Assembly (NCBI GenBank): GCA_044868695.1 | Contig: JBIOWP010000115.1 | Location: forward strand, 1 to 62,305 | Direction of reading: 5' to 3' | DNA length: 62,305 nt | DNA from: a bacterium | GTDB taxonomy: Bacteria > Sysuimicrobiota > Sysuimicrobiia > Sysuimicrobiales > Kaftiobacteriaceae | In this document: piece by piece, positions 48,880 to 58,420 of the stretch | Position numbering within the stretch: position 1 is the first letter of the stretch | Layout of the letters: each line of letters begins with the position of its first letter | The notes under the pieces: model-generated | The model's database searches: none | What the model was told of the DNA's origin: nothing | The model's input: only the letters and a program-made list of their open reading frames with translations | Made by a program: the position numbers and the translations under genes

Positions 48880-51540
48880 ATGGGTGAACCGCGCCGCGAT
48901 TGGAAGAGCGTGGCCGACCAGTTTCTGGACTACTTCCGCGCCCGGGACCACACGGTGGTGCCGAGTTCCTCCCTGATTCCCGCGGGCGATCCCACGCTGC
49001 TGTTCGTCAACGCCGGCATGGTGCAGTTCAAGGATGTCTTCCTGGGGCGTGAGCGGCGTGGTTACCGCCGCGCAGCCACGCTGCAGAAGTGCATGCGGGT
49101 GCAGGGCAAGCACAACGATCTCGACAACGTCGGCCCCAGTCCCCGGCATCACACGTTCTTCCTGATGCTCGGCAACTTTAGTTTCGGCGACTACTTCAAA
49201 CGCGACGCCATCGCATACGCGTGGGATCTCGTGACCCACGGATACGGAGTCGATCCCGGCCGCCTCGTCGCGACGGTGCATACCAGCGACGACGAGGCGG
49301 CCGCCGGGTGGCGCGGCATCGGCGTGGGCGCGGACCGGATCTTCCGCATGGGGGATGAGACGAACTTCTGGATGATGGCGGACGTGGGGCCGTGCGGGCC
49401 CAACTCCGAACTGCACTACGACTGGGGGCCGTCGCACTGCTCCTGCCATCGGCCCGACTGCGGGGTGGCGCTGGACAACGGCTGCCTGCGGTGGCTGGAG
49501 ATCTGGAACCTCGTGTTCATCCAGTTCGACCAGCAGGCCGACGGGACCCGTGTGCCGCTGCCGCACCCGGGCGTGGACACGGGGATGGGACTGGAGCGGA
49601 TGACGTCTGTGCTGCAGGGCGTCAACGATGACTACCGCACGGATTTGTTTACCCCCCTGATGAGCCGGATCCAGCGCGCGCTCGCTCACGATGACCGCGA
49701 GCGGGCACGGCATGACGTCGCCTACCGTGTCATGGCCGACCACGGGCGCGCGATGGCGTTCTTGATCGCCGACGGGATCATGCCGGGGAACGAGGGCCGC
49801 AGCTACGTGCTCCGGATGATCATGCGGCGGGCGATGCGGTTCGGCCGGTCGACCGGGATCGGCCAGCCGTTCCTGGCGGAGATCGCGGGCGCCGTCGTTG
49901 ACGAGATGGGGAGCACCTACCCGGAGCTCCACCGGCAGCGATCGCTCATCCAGACCGCCGCCCGCCAGGAAGAGGAGCGCTTCGCGCAGACGCTGAGCAC
50001 CGGTCTGGCGCGCCTCGAAGAACTTCTCGCCGCGGCTCGGGGGAGACCGGAACGCATGCTGCCGGGCGATGAGGTGTTTCGCCTCTACGACACCTATGGG
50101 TTTCCCCTCGAGATGACTCGGGACGTGGCGCGGGAGCGGGGCTTCTCCATCGACGAGGAAGGATTTGCCCGGGCCATGGATGGACAGCGCGAGCGCGCGC
50201 GGGCCGCGCGTGCGTTCGGGGGCGCCGCCGGCGATCGCCGCTACGATCAACTGGGGAGCGGGGACCTGGCGTCGGAATTCGTAGGCTATGCGAAGCACCG
50301 GGCGCGTGCGCACATCATCGCGCTGTTCGTCGACGGGGAGCGGGCTGACCAGGCCGCCGACGGGGCGCAGGTCGAGGTCGTGCTGGACCGCACGCCGTTC
50401 TACCCGGAAGGCGGGGGGCAGGTCGGCGATATGGGGACCCTGACGGCGTCCGGCGGTGTCGTCGAGGTGACCGACACGCGCCGGCCGGTCGGCGGCGTGA
50501 TCGTGCACCGCGGACGGGTCGCGCGCGGGACGGTGCGCGCCGGCCAGGTGGTCCGTGCGGAGATCGACGTGCCGCGGCGCTGGGATATCATGCGGAACCA
50601 CACCGCGACCCATCTGCTGCACAAAGCGCTGCGGGAGGTGCTGGGCGAGCACGCAACGCAGTCCGGCTCGCTCGTGGCTCCCGACCGCCTACGGTTTGAC
50701 TTTGTCCACCTGGCGGCGCTGTCACCAGAGCAACGCCAGTCGGTCGAGGCGAAGGTGAACGAACAGATTCTTGCCGACCTGCCGGTCCGCGTCCGCTGGA
50801 TGAGCTACGACGAAGCGCTGCGGTCCGGCGCCACGGCGCTGTTCGGCGAGAAATATGGCGAGCAGGTGCGGGTGATCAGCATTGATGGCTACAGCCGTGA
50901 ACTATGCGGCGGGACGCACCTGTCCCGTACCAGCCAGATCGGGCTGTTCAAGATCACCGCGGAGGGCAGCGTGGCCGCCGGCGTGCGCCGGATTGAGGCC
51001 GTGACCGGGCGGTCCGCCTACGCCGCCGTCGTGAAGCAGGATGCCGCCCTGGGCGCCCTGGCGAAGGCCCTGGGAGTGGATCCAGACAGTGTGTCCGATC
51101 GCGTGAAACGGTTGGAGGATCGGATCAAGGAGCTCGAGCGTGAGCTGCGGGCGGCCGCGGCCGGCGGGTCCGTCGAGCCGGATCATCGCGTGACCCTGCG
51201 CGATGGAACGACGGTCGTGGCGAAAGCCGTAGAGTCCGCAGACCCGGCACACCTGCGCCAGTATGCCGACCGGTTGGGCCAGCGCGCCGGCGAGCGGGTG
51301 ATTACCGTCGTGGGGTCCCTCGCCACCGGACAGATCATCGTGATCACGTCGGATCCCGCGACACACGCCGGCAAGTTCGTGGACGCGCTGGCGCGGCGGT
51401 ATGGCGGGGCCGGCGGCGGGCGAGACAAGATGGGACAGGGCGGGATCAAAGACCGGACCCGGGTGTCCATCCTGGTCGCCGACGTGGTCGACGAGGGCGT
51501 GCTGGATGAGATTCTGCGGACGTCCCGAAGCCAGCCATGA
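48880..51540 (+). CDS. alaS: Alanine--tRNA ligase
   Basis: LLFVNAGMVQFK, GNFSFGDYFK, DTGMGLER, NHTATH, ELCGGTH. Confidence 0.98.
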   Translation: MGEPRRDWKSVADQFLDYFRARDHTVVPSSSLIPAGDPTLLFVNAGMVQFKDVFLGRERRGYRRAATLQKCMRVQGKHNDLDNVGPSPRHHTFFLMLGNFSFGDYFKRDAIAYAWDLVTHGYGVDPGRLVATVHTSDDEAAAGWRGIGVGADRIFRMGDETNFWMMADVGPCGPNSELHYDWGPSHCSCHRPDCGVALDNGCLRWLEIWNLVFIQFDQQADGTRVPLPHPGVDTGMGLERMTSVLQGVNDDYRTDLFTPLMSRIQRALAHDDRERARHDVAYRVMADHGRAMAFLIADGIMPGNEGRSYVLRMIMRRAMRFGRSTGIGQPFLAEIAGAVVDEMGSTYPELHRQRSLIQTAARQEEERFAQTLSTGLARLEELLAAARGRPERMLPGDEVFRLYDTYGFPLEMTRDVARERGFSIDEEGFARAMDGQRERARAARAFGGAAGDRRYDQLGSGDLASEFVGYAKHRARAHIIALFVDGERADQAADGAQVEVVLDRTPFYPEGGGQVGDMGTLTASGGVVEVTDTRRPVGGVIVHRGRVARGTVRAGQVVRAEIDVPRRWDIMRNHTATHLLHKALREVLGEHATQSGSLVAPDRLRFDFVHLAALSPEQRQSVEAKVNEQILADLPVRVRWMSYDEALRSGATALFGEKYGEQVRVISIDGYSRELCGGTHLSRTSQIGLFKITAEGSVAAGVRRIEAVTGRSAYAAVVKQDAALGALAKALGVDPDSVSDRVKRLEDRIKELERELRAAAAGGSVEPDHRVTLRDGTTVVAKAVESADPAHLRQYADRLGQRAGERVITVVGSLATGQIIVITSDPATHAGKFVDALARRYGGAGGGRDKMGQGGIKDRTRVSILVADVVDEGVLDEILRTSRSQP

Positions 51541-51947
51541 GAGTGCTCGCCCTTGACGTCGGTGAGCGCCGCATCGGCGTCGCGGTGTCCGACCCCGATG
51601 GAACGATTGCCATGAGCGACGGCGTCATCCTCCGCCGCAGTTGGCGCCAGACCCTCGCCGATGTCCGCGCCCGGGCCGCGTCGCACCAGGCCGGCCGCAT
51701 CGTCGTCGGTCTCCCGCTGCGGATGGACGGGACGGAGGGAGACGCGGCGGCGGCCGTGCGCATATTTGTTGATCGCCTGCGCGCGGCCGTGCCGCTGCCG
51801 ATCGACCTGCAGGACGAGCGATTGTCCACCGCGGAGGCTGAGCGCGCGATGATCGCCGGAGACGTACGCCGCAGCCGCCGCCGGGTGGCGCGGGATGCCG
51901 TGGCCGCTGCCATCTTCCTGCAAACCTACCTCGACCGCCGGCGTTGA
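51537..51947 (+). CDS. ruvX: Holliday junction resolvase-like RuvX/YqgF
   Basis: LALDVGERRIGVAVSD, VGLP, DERLST. Confidence 0.95.
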   Translation: MRVLALDVGERRIGVAVSDPDGTIAMSDGVILRRSWRQTLADVRARAASHQAGRIVVGLPLRMDGTEGDAAAAVRIFVDRLRAAVPLPIDLQDERLSTAEAERAMIAGDVRRSRRRVARDAVAAAIFLQTYLDRRR

Positions 51948-51972
51948 CACTGTTTGGCACCGGTGCTACGCT
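51944..51972 (+). promoter_or_regulatory. Sigma70 promoter for DUF1292-mltG
   Basis: TTGACA-17 nt-TACGCT with extended TG. Confidence 0.55.
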
Positions 51973-51987
51973 CACACCGAAACACGC

Positions 51988-52029
51988 CGTGATTCGTGAA
52001 TCGCGATTCGTAAATCGCACGAGAATCAC
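51988..52029. repeat. Heptamer tandem repeat
   Basis: cgtgatt cgtgaat cgcgatt cgtaaat ... aatcac. Confidence 0.6.
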
Positions 52030-52048
52030 ACATCACCGGGGTGCTTGA

Positions 52049-52369
52049 GTGGCAGAGCGTGGCGACGCCATCACGCTGCTCGATGAGAACGGCAAGACCC
52101 ACGAGTTCAATCTGGTGGATGTGGTCGAGGTTGATGGCCGGCGGTATGCCATCCTCCAGCCGTCGGACGAGGACGATCCCGCCGTCGTGTTCCGGGTCGA
52201 GGACGAGACGCTGGTCGCGGTTGAGGATGAAGCCGAGTTCCGCAGGGTCGCGGCGGCCATTGAGGAGACCGCGGAGTACGACGACGTAGAGATCGTCGAG
52301 GACGATGAGGACGACGCGGACAGTGCTCACTCCGACGACGAGGAGAGCGGCGGCAGGCCGGTGATGTAA
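52049..52369 (+). CDS. DUF1292 acidic protein
   Basis: ITLLDENG...YAILQP; conserved position between ruvX and mltG. Confidence 0.85.
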   Translation: MAERGDAITLLDENGKTHEFNLVDVVEVDGRRYAILQPSDEDDPAVVFRVEDETLVAVEDEAEFRRVAAAIEETAEYDDVEIVEDDEDDADSAHSDDEESGGRPVM

Positions 52370-52384
52370 CCCGCCGCCGGTGGC

Positions 52385-53428
52385 GTGAGCCTTCCCCCGT
52401 CTGGCCCCCCCTGGCTGCGCCGTGCCCCGCCCGGTGCCTGGATGCTCCGGGCGGCGGCCGTCGGGATTGCCGTCATCACCGCCGGCGTGGCCGTGGCCGC
52501 CGCTATTGTCCGCCCCGCCGATCCCGCAGGTCGCCCGCGCGTCGTCATCATCTCTCCCGGAGCATCTTCCACAGAGATCGGCCGGCTGCTGCAGTCCGCG
52601 GGCGTAGTGCGCCGAGACGCCGACTTCGTGCTGGCTGTTCGCGCGCGCCGCCTGACCCGCTCCCTGCAGGGCGGGGAGTATCTGCTGTCCCCGTCCATGA
52701 CCCTGCTGGAGGTCGTGGACACCGTCGCTCGGGGGCAGGTCATCCTGCATCCCGTGACGATCCCGGAGGGTTTTACGAGCGCTGAGATCGTGGATGCGCT
52801 GGCCGACCTCACGTTGGGCGATCGCGCCCGCCTGACCGAGATCGTGTTCCACGGCGCGAATCTGTACCCCCAGAGGTTTCTGGCACAGGTGCCCACGCGG
52901 TCCCTGGAAGGGTATCTCTTTCCCGACACGTACCGGCTGCCCCGGGGGCTCGAGGAACGCGAACTCCTTCGCGCCATGATCGATCGATTCGAGCAGATCG
53001 TCGTGCCGCTGTGGGAGGCGCAGGGCAGGGGCCGCTCGCTGCATGACGTGGTCACGATGGCCTCGCTGATCGAGCGGGAGGCACGTCGGCCGGAGGAGCG
53101 GGCGCTCATTGCGGGGGTGCTGTCCAACCGACTGCGCCGCGGGATGCGGCTGGAGGTCGACGCCACCGTCTTGTACGCGCTCGGCCGCCACAAGTCTGTG
53201 GTGACGTACAAAGACCTCGAGGTCAACTCACCCTACAATACTTACAGGCGCGCCGGTCTCCCGCCGGGGCCGATCGCCAGCCCGGGTGTGGAGGCCATCC
53301 AGGCCGCGCTGGCGCCCGCGGCTACGGAGTACCTCTTCTACGTCGCGCGGGCGGACGGCTCGCACGTGTTCAGCCGGACGTACCGGGAACACCTGGCGGC
53401 TATCCGCCGCTACCGGCCCGCGCCGTGA
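52385..53428 (+). CDS. mltG: Endolytic transglycosylase MltG
   Basis: TIPEG, LEGYLFPDTY, ASLIERE, SPYNTY, GLPPGPI. Confidence 0.96.
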   Translation: MSLPPSGPPWLRRAPPGAWMLRAAAVGIAVITAGVAVAAAIVRPADPAGRPRVVIISPGASSTEIGRLLQSAGVVRRDADFVLAVRARRLTRSLQGGEYLLSPSMTLLEVVDTVARGQVILHPVTIPEGFTSAEIVDALADLTLGDRARLTEIVFHGANLYPQRFLAQVPTRSLEGYLFPDTYRLPRGLEERELLRAMIDRFEQIVVPLWEAQGRGRSLHDVVTMASLIEREARRPEERALIAGVLSNRLRRGMRLEVDATVLYALGRHKSVVTYKDLEVNSPYNTYRRAGLPPGPIASPGVEAIQAALAPAATEYLFYVARADGSHVFSRTYREHLAAIRRYRPAP

Positions 53429-53943
53429 TGCCTCGGTGGCTGGTGCCCACCCGCTACGCGGCGTCCGTGCTGGCGCTGGATCCCGCCGCCCTCGTGGCGG
53501 AGGGTATCCGCGGTGTCATGCTCGATCTGGACAACACCGTGGTGGCGTGGAACGCCGCGGCGCCATCGGAGGCCGTGCGGGCGTGGGTCGGCCGGCTTAC
53601 GTCGGCGGGGCTGCGGGTATGTATCGTCTCCAATAACTTTACGGGGCGGGCGAGGGCCATCGGTGATGCCCTCGGCGTGCGGGTCGTGTCGGCCGCCGTC
53701 AAACCCGTCCCCTGGGCGTTCCGCAGGGCGCTGGCCATCATGGGGACGCCGCCGGCCCATACCGCGTTCGTCGGAGATCAGCTCTTCACCGACGTGCTCG
53801 GCGGAAATCTCCTGGGCATGGTGACCATCCTGGTGGATCCGCTGTCGACGCAGGAGTTTCCGACGACCAGGATAATCCGCCGCATCGAACGGCTCATCAG
53901 GGCGCGGGTGATCCGACGCGTGCCCGGGTCCGCCGCCAGATAA
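53425..53943 (+). CDS. YqeG-family HAD IIIA phosphatase
   Basis: DLDNT, VSNN, KP, GDQLFTD. Confidence 0.92.
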   Translation: MMPRWLVPTRYAASVLALDPAALVAEGIRGVMLDLDNTVVAWNAAAPSEAVRAWVGRLTSAGLRVCIVSNNFTGRARAIGDALGVRVVSAAVKPVPWAFRRALAIMGTPPAHTAFVGDQLFTDVLGGNLLGMVTILVDPLSTQEFPTTRIIRRIERLIRARVIRRVPGSAAR

Positions 53944-54054
53944 CCGGCCGCGGCCGTCCTCACCGTGGCATCTGTCTTGCTGCGTTCTGCCTTCTGCGTT
54001 CAGCAGACTCCTTCGGTGCCCCCGAATGGATGTTCCTCATCATGGAGGTGGAGC

Positions 54055-55137
<1,083 letters not shown>

Positions 55138-55240
55138 CGCGACGACACGACCGAGCACGCGCGCGGCCTGGACAGGCGTTAGGACGGGCATAGCGAAGTG
55201 GTGAGCGCCTATGGCCGGCCCTGCGCCTGACGATGGTCAT

Positions 55241-56125
55241 ATGAACCGATTCATCGCCGCAGTTGTGCTGCTGGCCGCCCTGCTCTATGCGGCGCCTGCG
55301 GCCGGCGGATCGCTCCTCGCGACCGGACGTGAAGCACACCTGGCCGGCCGCCATCAAGAGGCCGCCCTCGCGCTGCGCGCGTACCTGGACCAGAATCCGC
55401 GCGATGCGAGCGCCTGGGTGTGGCTGGGGGCATCCTACTATCAACTCGGGTACGTTCGGGATGCGGCGTCGGCCTTCGAACACGCGATGGCGCTGCAGCC
55501 GTCGGGGGACATTGCACTGTGGCTGGGCGCCGCGTACGCTGCCTCCGGCCGCGAGGCCGATGCCCGGGCGGCATTCGTCCGGGCCACCCGCAGCCCCAAA
55601 CCCCAGACCGCGTTGCTCGCGCAGCAGTGGCTGCGCGCCGCCTCGGGCCGTGAGGTTCCCGTGCTGGACGGGGAGATGGTGCCGGCGGCCTATGCGCATG
55701 TCGTGCGCTGGTACAACCCGCGGCTGGATGCCTCGCAGGTCGACGCCATCATCCGCAGCGTCCTACATTACGGCACGGCCTACCGCATCGACCCGCGCCT
55801 CATCATGGCGCTCATCGCCATCGAATCCGGTTTCCGGATCCAGGTGCAATCCCCGGCAGGGGCGTACGGCCTCGGACAGCTGATGCCGGACACCTGGCGC
55901 GCCATGGGCGTGGACCCGGCGGATCCGGTGGGGAACATCTACGCGACCGCCCGCGTCCTGCGCGCTCACCTGGACCGGTTCGGCGGAAATCTGCAGCTGG
56001 CTCTGGCCGCGTACAACGCGGGACACAACGCCGTGACCCGGTACAACGGCATCCCCCCCTTCCGGGAGACGCAGTGGTATGTCTACAACGTGCTGCGGCT
56101 CTTCCGCCACCTCGCCGGCGGGTAA
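55241..56125 (+). CDS. Secreted TPR plus lytic transglycosylase (SLT) protein
   Basis: Signal peptide, TPR repeats, IESGF, GLGQLMP, AAYNAG, ETQWYV. Confidence 0.88.
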   Translation: MNRFIAAVVLLAALLYAAPAAGGSLLATGREAHLAGRHQEAALALRAYLDQNPRDASAWVWLGASYYQLGYVRDAASAFEHAMALQPSGDIALWLGAAYAASGREADARAAFVRATRSPKPQTALLAQQWLRAASGREVPVLDGEMVPAAYAHVVRWYNPRLDASQVDAIIRSVLHYGTAYRIDPRLIMALIAIESGFRIQVQSPAGAYGLGQLMPDTWRAMGVDPADPVGNIYATARVLRAHLDRFGGNLQLALAAYNAGHNAVTRYNGIPPFRETQWYVYNVLRLFRHLAGG

Positions 56126-56245
56126 CACTGTCGGGTCTGGCACGGAAGTTGCTTCAAATCTCCATCGAAGTGGTGGCGGATGGGCGGGCGCCGGTCATTT
56201 GTCTCTTGCAATTTGCCCGGCAGTTTGTTAGAGTTCTGAGTCAGT

Positions 56246-56340
56246 CCTCGCGAAAAGGCAAACCCAGGGCGACCTGGGGGCGCAAAGCTACGGGACCTGC
56301 CGGGGAACCACCGGAAGGTCGGCCGGGCTGCCGAACGAGG
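56246..56340 (+). promoter_or_regulatory. c-di-GMP-I (GEMM-I) riboswitch
   Basis: P1 CCTCG/CGAGG; GGCAAA-CCCAGG-GCGA-CCTGGG-GGCGCAAAGC; 3' GCTGCCGA; downstream TCCCTCC/GGGAGGGA hairpin covers the RBS. Confidence 0.9.
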
Positions 56341-56383
56341 CGTTTTCTGTCCCTCCTCCGGCGGCCCAAGGGGAGGGATTTTC

Positions 56384-57175
56384 ATGGGACGTAGAGGCAG
56401 CACGGTCCATCCAGTCCGGGAGGCTGCTCCCGCGGATGACGCCGCCACGCTGTTCCAGTCCTACCGCGCCACGCGCGGCCCTGAGCTCCATGCCCGCCTC
56501 ACGACGCTCTTCATGCCCCTCGTCCACCAGGTCGCACGCCGCTACGCCCGGTCGGGGATCCCGGTGGATGACCTTCATCAGATCGGCTATATCGGCCTCA
56601 TGCACGCGGTGACCAACTTTGATCCCGGCCGCAGCGTCAAGTTCGAAACGTATGCGCGGCACCTGATTGCGGGCGAGATCCGGCACTACCTGCGGGACCA
56701 GGGGACGACGGTCCGCCGGCCGCGGTGGCTGTACGAGATGGACCACCGGATCAGCCGCGCCGTGACCGAGCTCACGCAGCGGGTCGGCCGGCCGCCCACC
56801 ACCGCGGAGATCGCGCGCGCCACTCACGTCTCCGAGGACGAGGTCGCGGAGGTCCTGCAGGCGCGCGAGTCGCTGCGCCTCGTCTCACTCGACGAGGAGC
56901 GCGAAGGGGACGACGGCGCGCCGATCGCACAGCGGGACCGCATCACCACCAAGCACGCCGCTGGGTCGCTCCCCGTTGAGGACCGCGTGCTGATCAGCGA
57001 TGCCATCGAGCGGCTCTCAGGGCTGCAGCGCAAGGTGATCTATTACCTCTTCTATATGGACCTGACACAGACCGAAGCGGCTCGAAAGCTTGGGATTTCC
57101 CAGAAGCACGTGTCGCGCGTGATGCACGCCGCCCTCCGGCGGTTGCGGGAATCGCTCCACCCGGAGGCGGTGTGA
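56384..57175 (+). CDS. SigB/SigF-family alternative sigma factor
   Basis: DDLHQIGYIGL..FDPGR, GEIRHYLRD, TQTEAA..LGISQKHVSR. Confidence 0.92.
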   Translation: MGRRGSTVHPVREAAPADDAATLFQSYRATRGPELHARLTTLFMPLVHQVARRYARSGIPVDDLHQIGYIGLMHAVTNFDPGRSVKFETYARHLIAGEIRHYLRDQGTTVRRPRWLYEMDHRISRAVTELTQRVGRPPTTAEIARATHVSEDEVAEVLQARESLRLVSLDEEREGDDGAPIAQRDRITTKHAAGSLPVEDRVLISDAIERLSGLQRKVIYYLFYMDLTQTEAARKLGISQKHVSRVMHAALRRLRESLHPEAV

Positions 57176-57207
57176 TGGCGCGCATTGAGGTGGGGGGAGG
57201 ACAGGAA

Positions 57208-57489
57208 GTGAAAACCGAGGAGCGAGTCGTGGCACCAGATCTCCCAATCTACCCGATCCGCACCGTCGCCAGGCTCACCGGCGTCGACGCGCGGCGGATC
57301 CGGGCGTGGGAGAGCCAGTATGGACTGCTCCGGCCCGCGCGTACGCGCGGGGGACATCGCCTGTTCAGTCAGCGGGACCTGGAGCTGATCCGGCGGATCA
57401 AGCGCCTGATCGACGAGGAAGGCCTGCGCTTGCAGGGCGTCCGCCTGCTGCTCGAGGCGGAGTCCGCGCACAACGGCGAGCGCGAGTAA
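57208..57489 (+). CDS. Short MerR-family HTH regulator
   Basis: YPIRTVARLTGV..IRAWE, RTRGGHRLFS. Confidence 0.9.
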   Translation: MKTEERVVAPDLPIYPIRTVARLTGVDARRIRAWESQYGLLRPARTRGGHRLFSQRDLELIRRIKRLIDEEGLRLQGVRLLLEAESAHNGERE

Positions 57490-57504
57490 CTCGGAGGAGC
57501 GTCC

Positions 57505-57882
57505 ATGGCGGGGAGTGTCAAGGAACTTTTGCGGGCGCTGGTGGGCGGGATCGAAGGGCTGGTGGGTGCGGTGGTGGTCGGGATGGACGGTGCCACCATC
57601 GAGGCGCTCAAGGTCGATCCCAACTTCTCCGTTGAGGAGATTGCCCAGGAAGGCGCCGTGGCGGGCAAAGTGCTCGACTACATGTGCCAGAAAGTGGACG
57701 GCGGGCCGATCGACCACATCATGCTGGTGGCCGAGCGGTACATCGTCCTCCTGGCCATGGCGGGCCAGGACTATTACGTGGGCATCGTGATCAACCCGCG
57801 CGGGAACGTCGGCAAAGCCCGGCTGCAGCTGCGGCGCTTCATGCCGGAGATCGCGTCGGTCCTCAACGCGGGTGTCATCTAA
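57505..57882 (+). CDS. Roadblock/LC7 (MglB-like) protein
   Basis: GAVVVGMDG, GNVGKARLQL. Confidence 0.82.
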   Translation: MAGSVKELLRALVGGIEGLVGAVVVGMDGATIEALKVDPNFSVEEIAQEGAVAGKVLDYMCQKVDGGPIDHIMLVAERYIVLLAMAGQDYYVGIVINPRGNVGKARLQLRRFMPEIASVLNAGVI

Positions 57883-57931
57883 TCTCGTCGGCAGACGGTG
57901 ACGGCTGAATTGGTGACGAAGGGGTGGACAG

Positions 57932-58306
57932 ATGCAGGCGCTTGAGACGGCGGCCGGAGGGCTGCGCGGCATCCTGGATGGGCTGCTCAAGGTTGAGGGC
58001 GTCACGGCGGCGCTCGTGGTCGGCCGCGATGGGTTCGTGATCGAGGCGGCGGCCGCCGGCGCGCTGGACACGGAATCCGTGGGTGCGATCGCGGCCAGCA
58101 GCCTGGCGGCATCGGATGCGATGGGCGAGGCGTTGAAACTTGGAGCACTGGGATCCATCTTGCTGGAATACGAGTCGGGACCGGTGGCGCTCACACCCGC
58201 CGGGCCTGAGGCCGTGCTGGCGGTGGTCGGCGACCAGAGCGCCAACCTCGGCCGTGTGCGCGTCGAGATGCGCAAGGTCCGCCAGGCTGTCGCCAACCAG
58301 CTCTAA
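57932..58306 (+). CDS. Roadblock/LC7 (MglB-like) protein
   Basis: AALVVGRDGFVIE, ANLGRVRVEM. Confidence 0.88.
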   Translation: MQALETAAGGLRGILDGLLKVEGVTAALVVGRDGFVIEAAAAGALDTESVGAIAASSLAASDAMGEALKLGALGSILLEYESGPVALTPAGPEAVLAVVGDQSANLGRVRVEMRKVRQAVANQL

Positions 58307-58309
58307 CGA

Positions 58310-58403
58310 CCGTTGAACCGTTGAACCGTTGAAACGAAGCGACGTTCGGACAGGGGGACACGCCGTCTCGCTTCAACGTTCCAACGCTCCAACGTTCCAA
58401 CGG
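58310..58403. repeat. 8-mer tandem-repeat hairpin
   Basis: ccgttgaa x3 ... ttcaacgt tccaacgc tccaacgt tccaacgg; same unit family as 48739-48792. Confidence 0.85.
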
Positions 58404-58420
58404 GTAAGCGGGAGCCATCG

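Noticed and set aside
56246-56340. cGAMP-specific GEMM-Ib variant
   Set aside because: The specificity position is G (AGGCAAA), as in c-di-GMP aptamers; not experimentally excluded.
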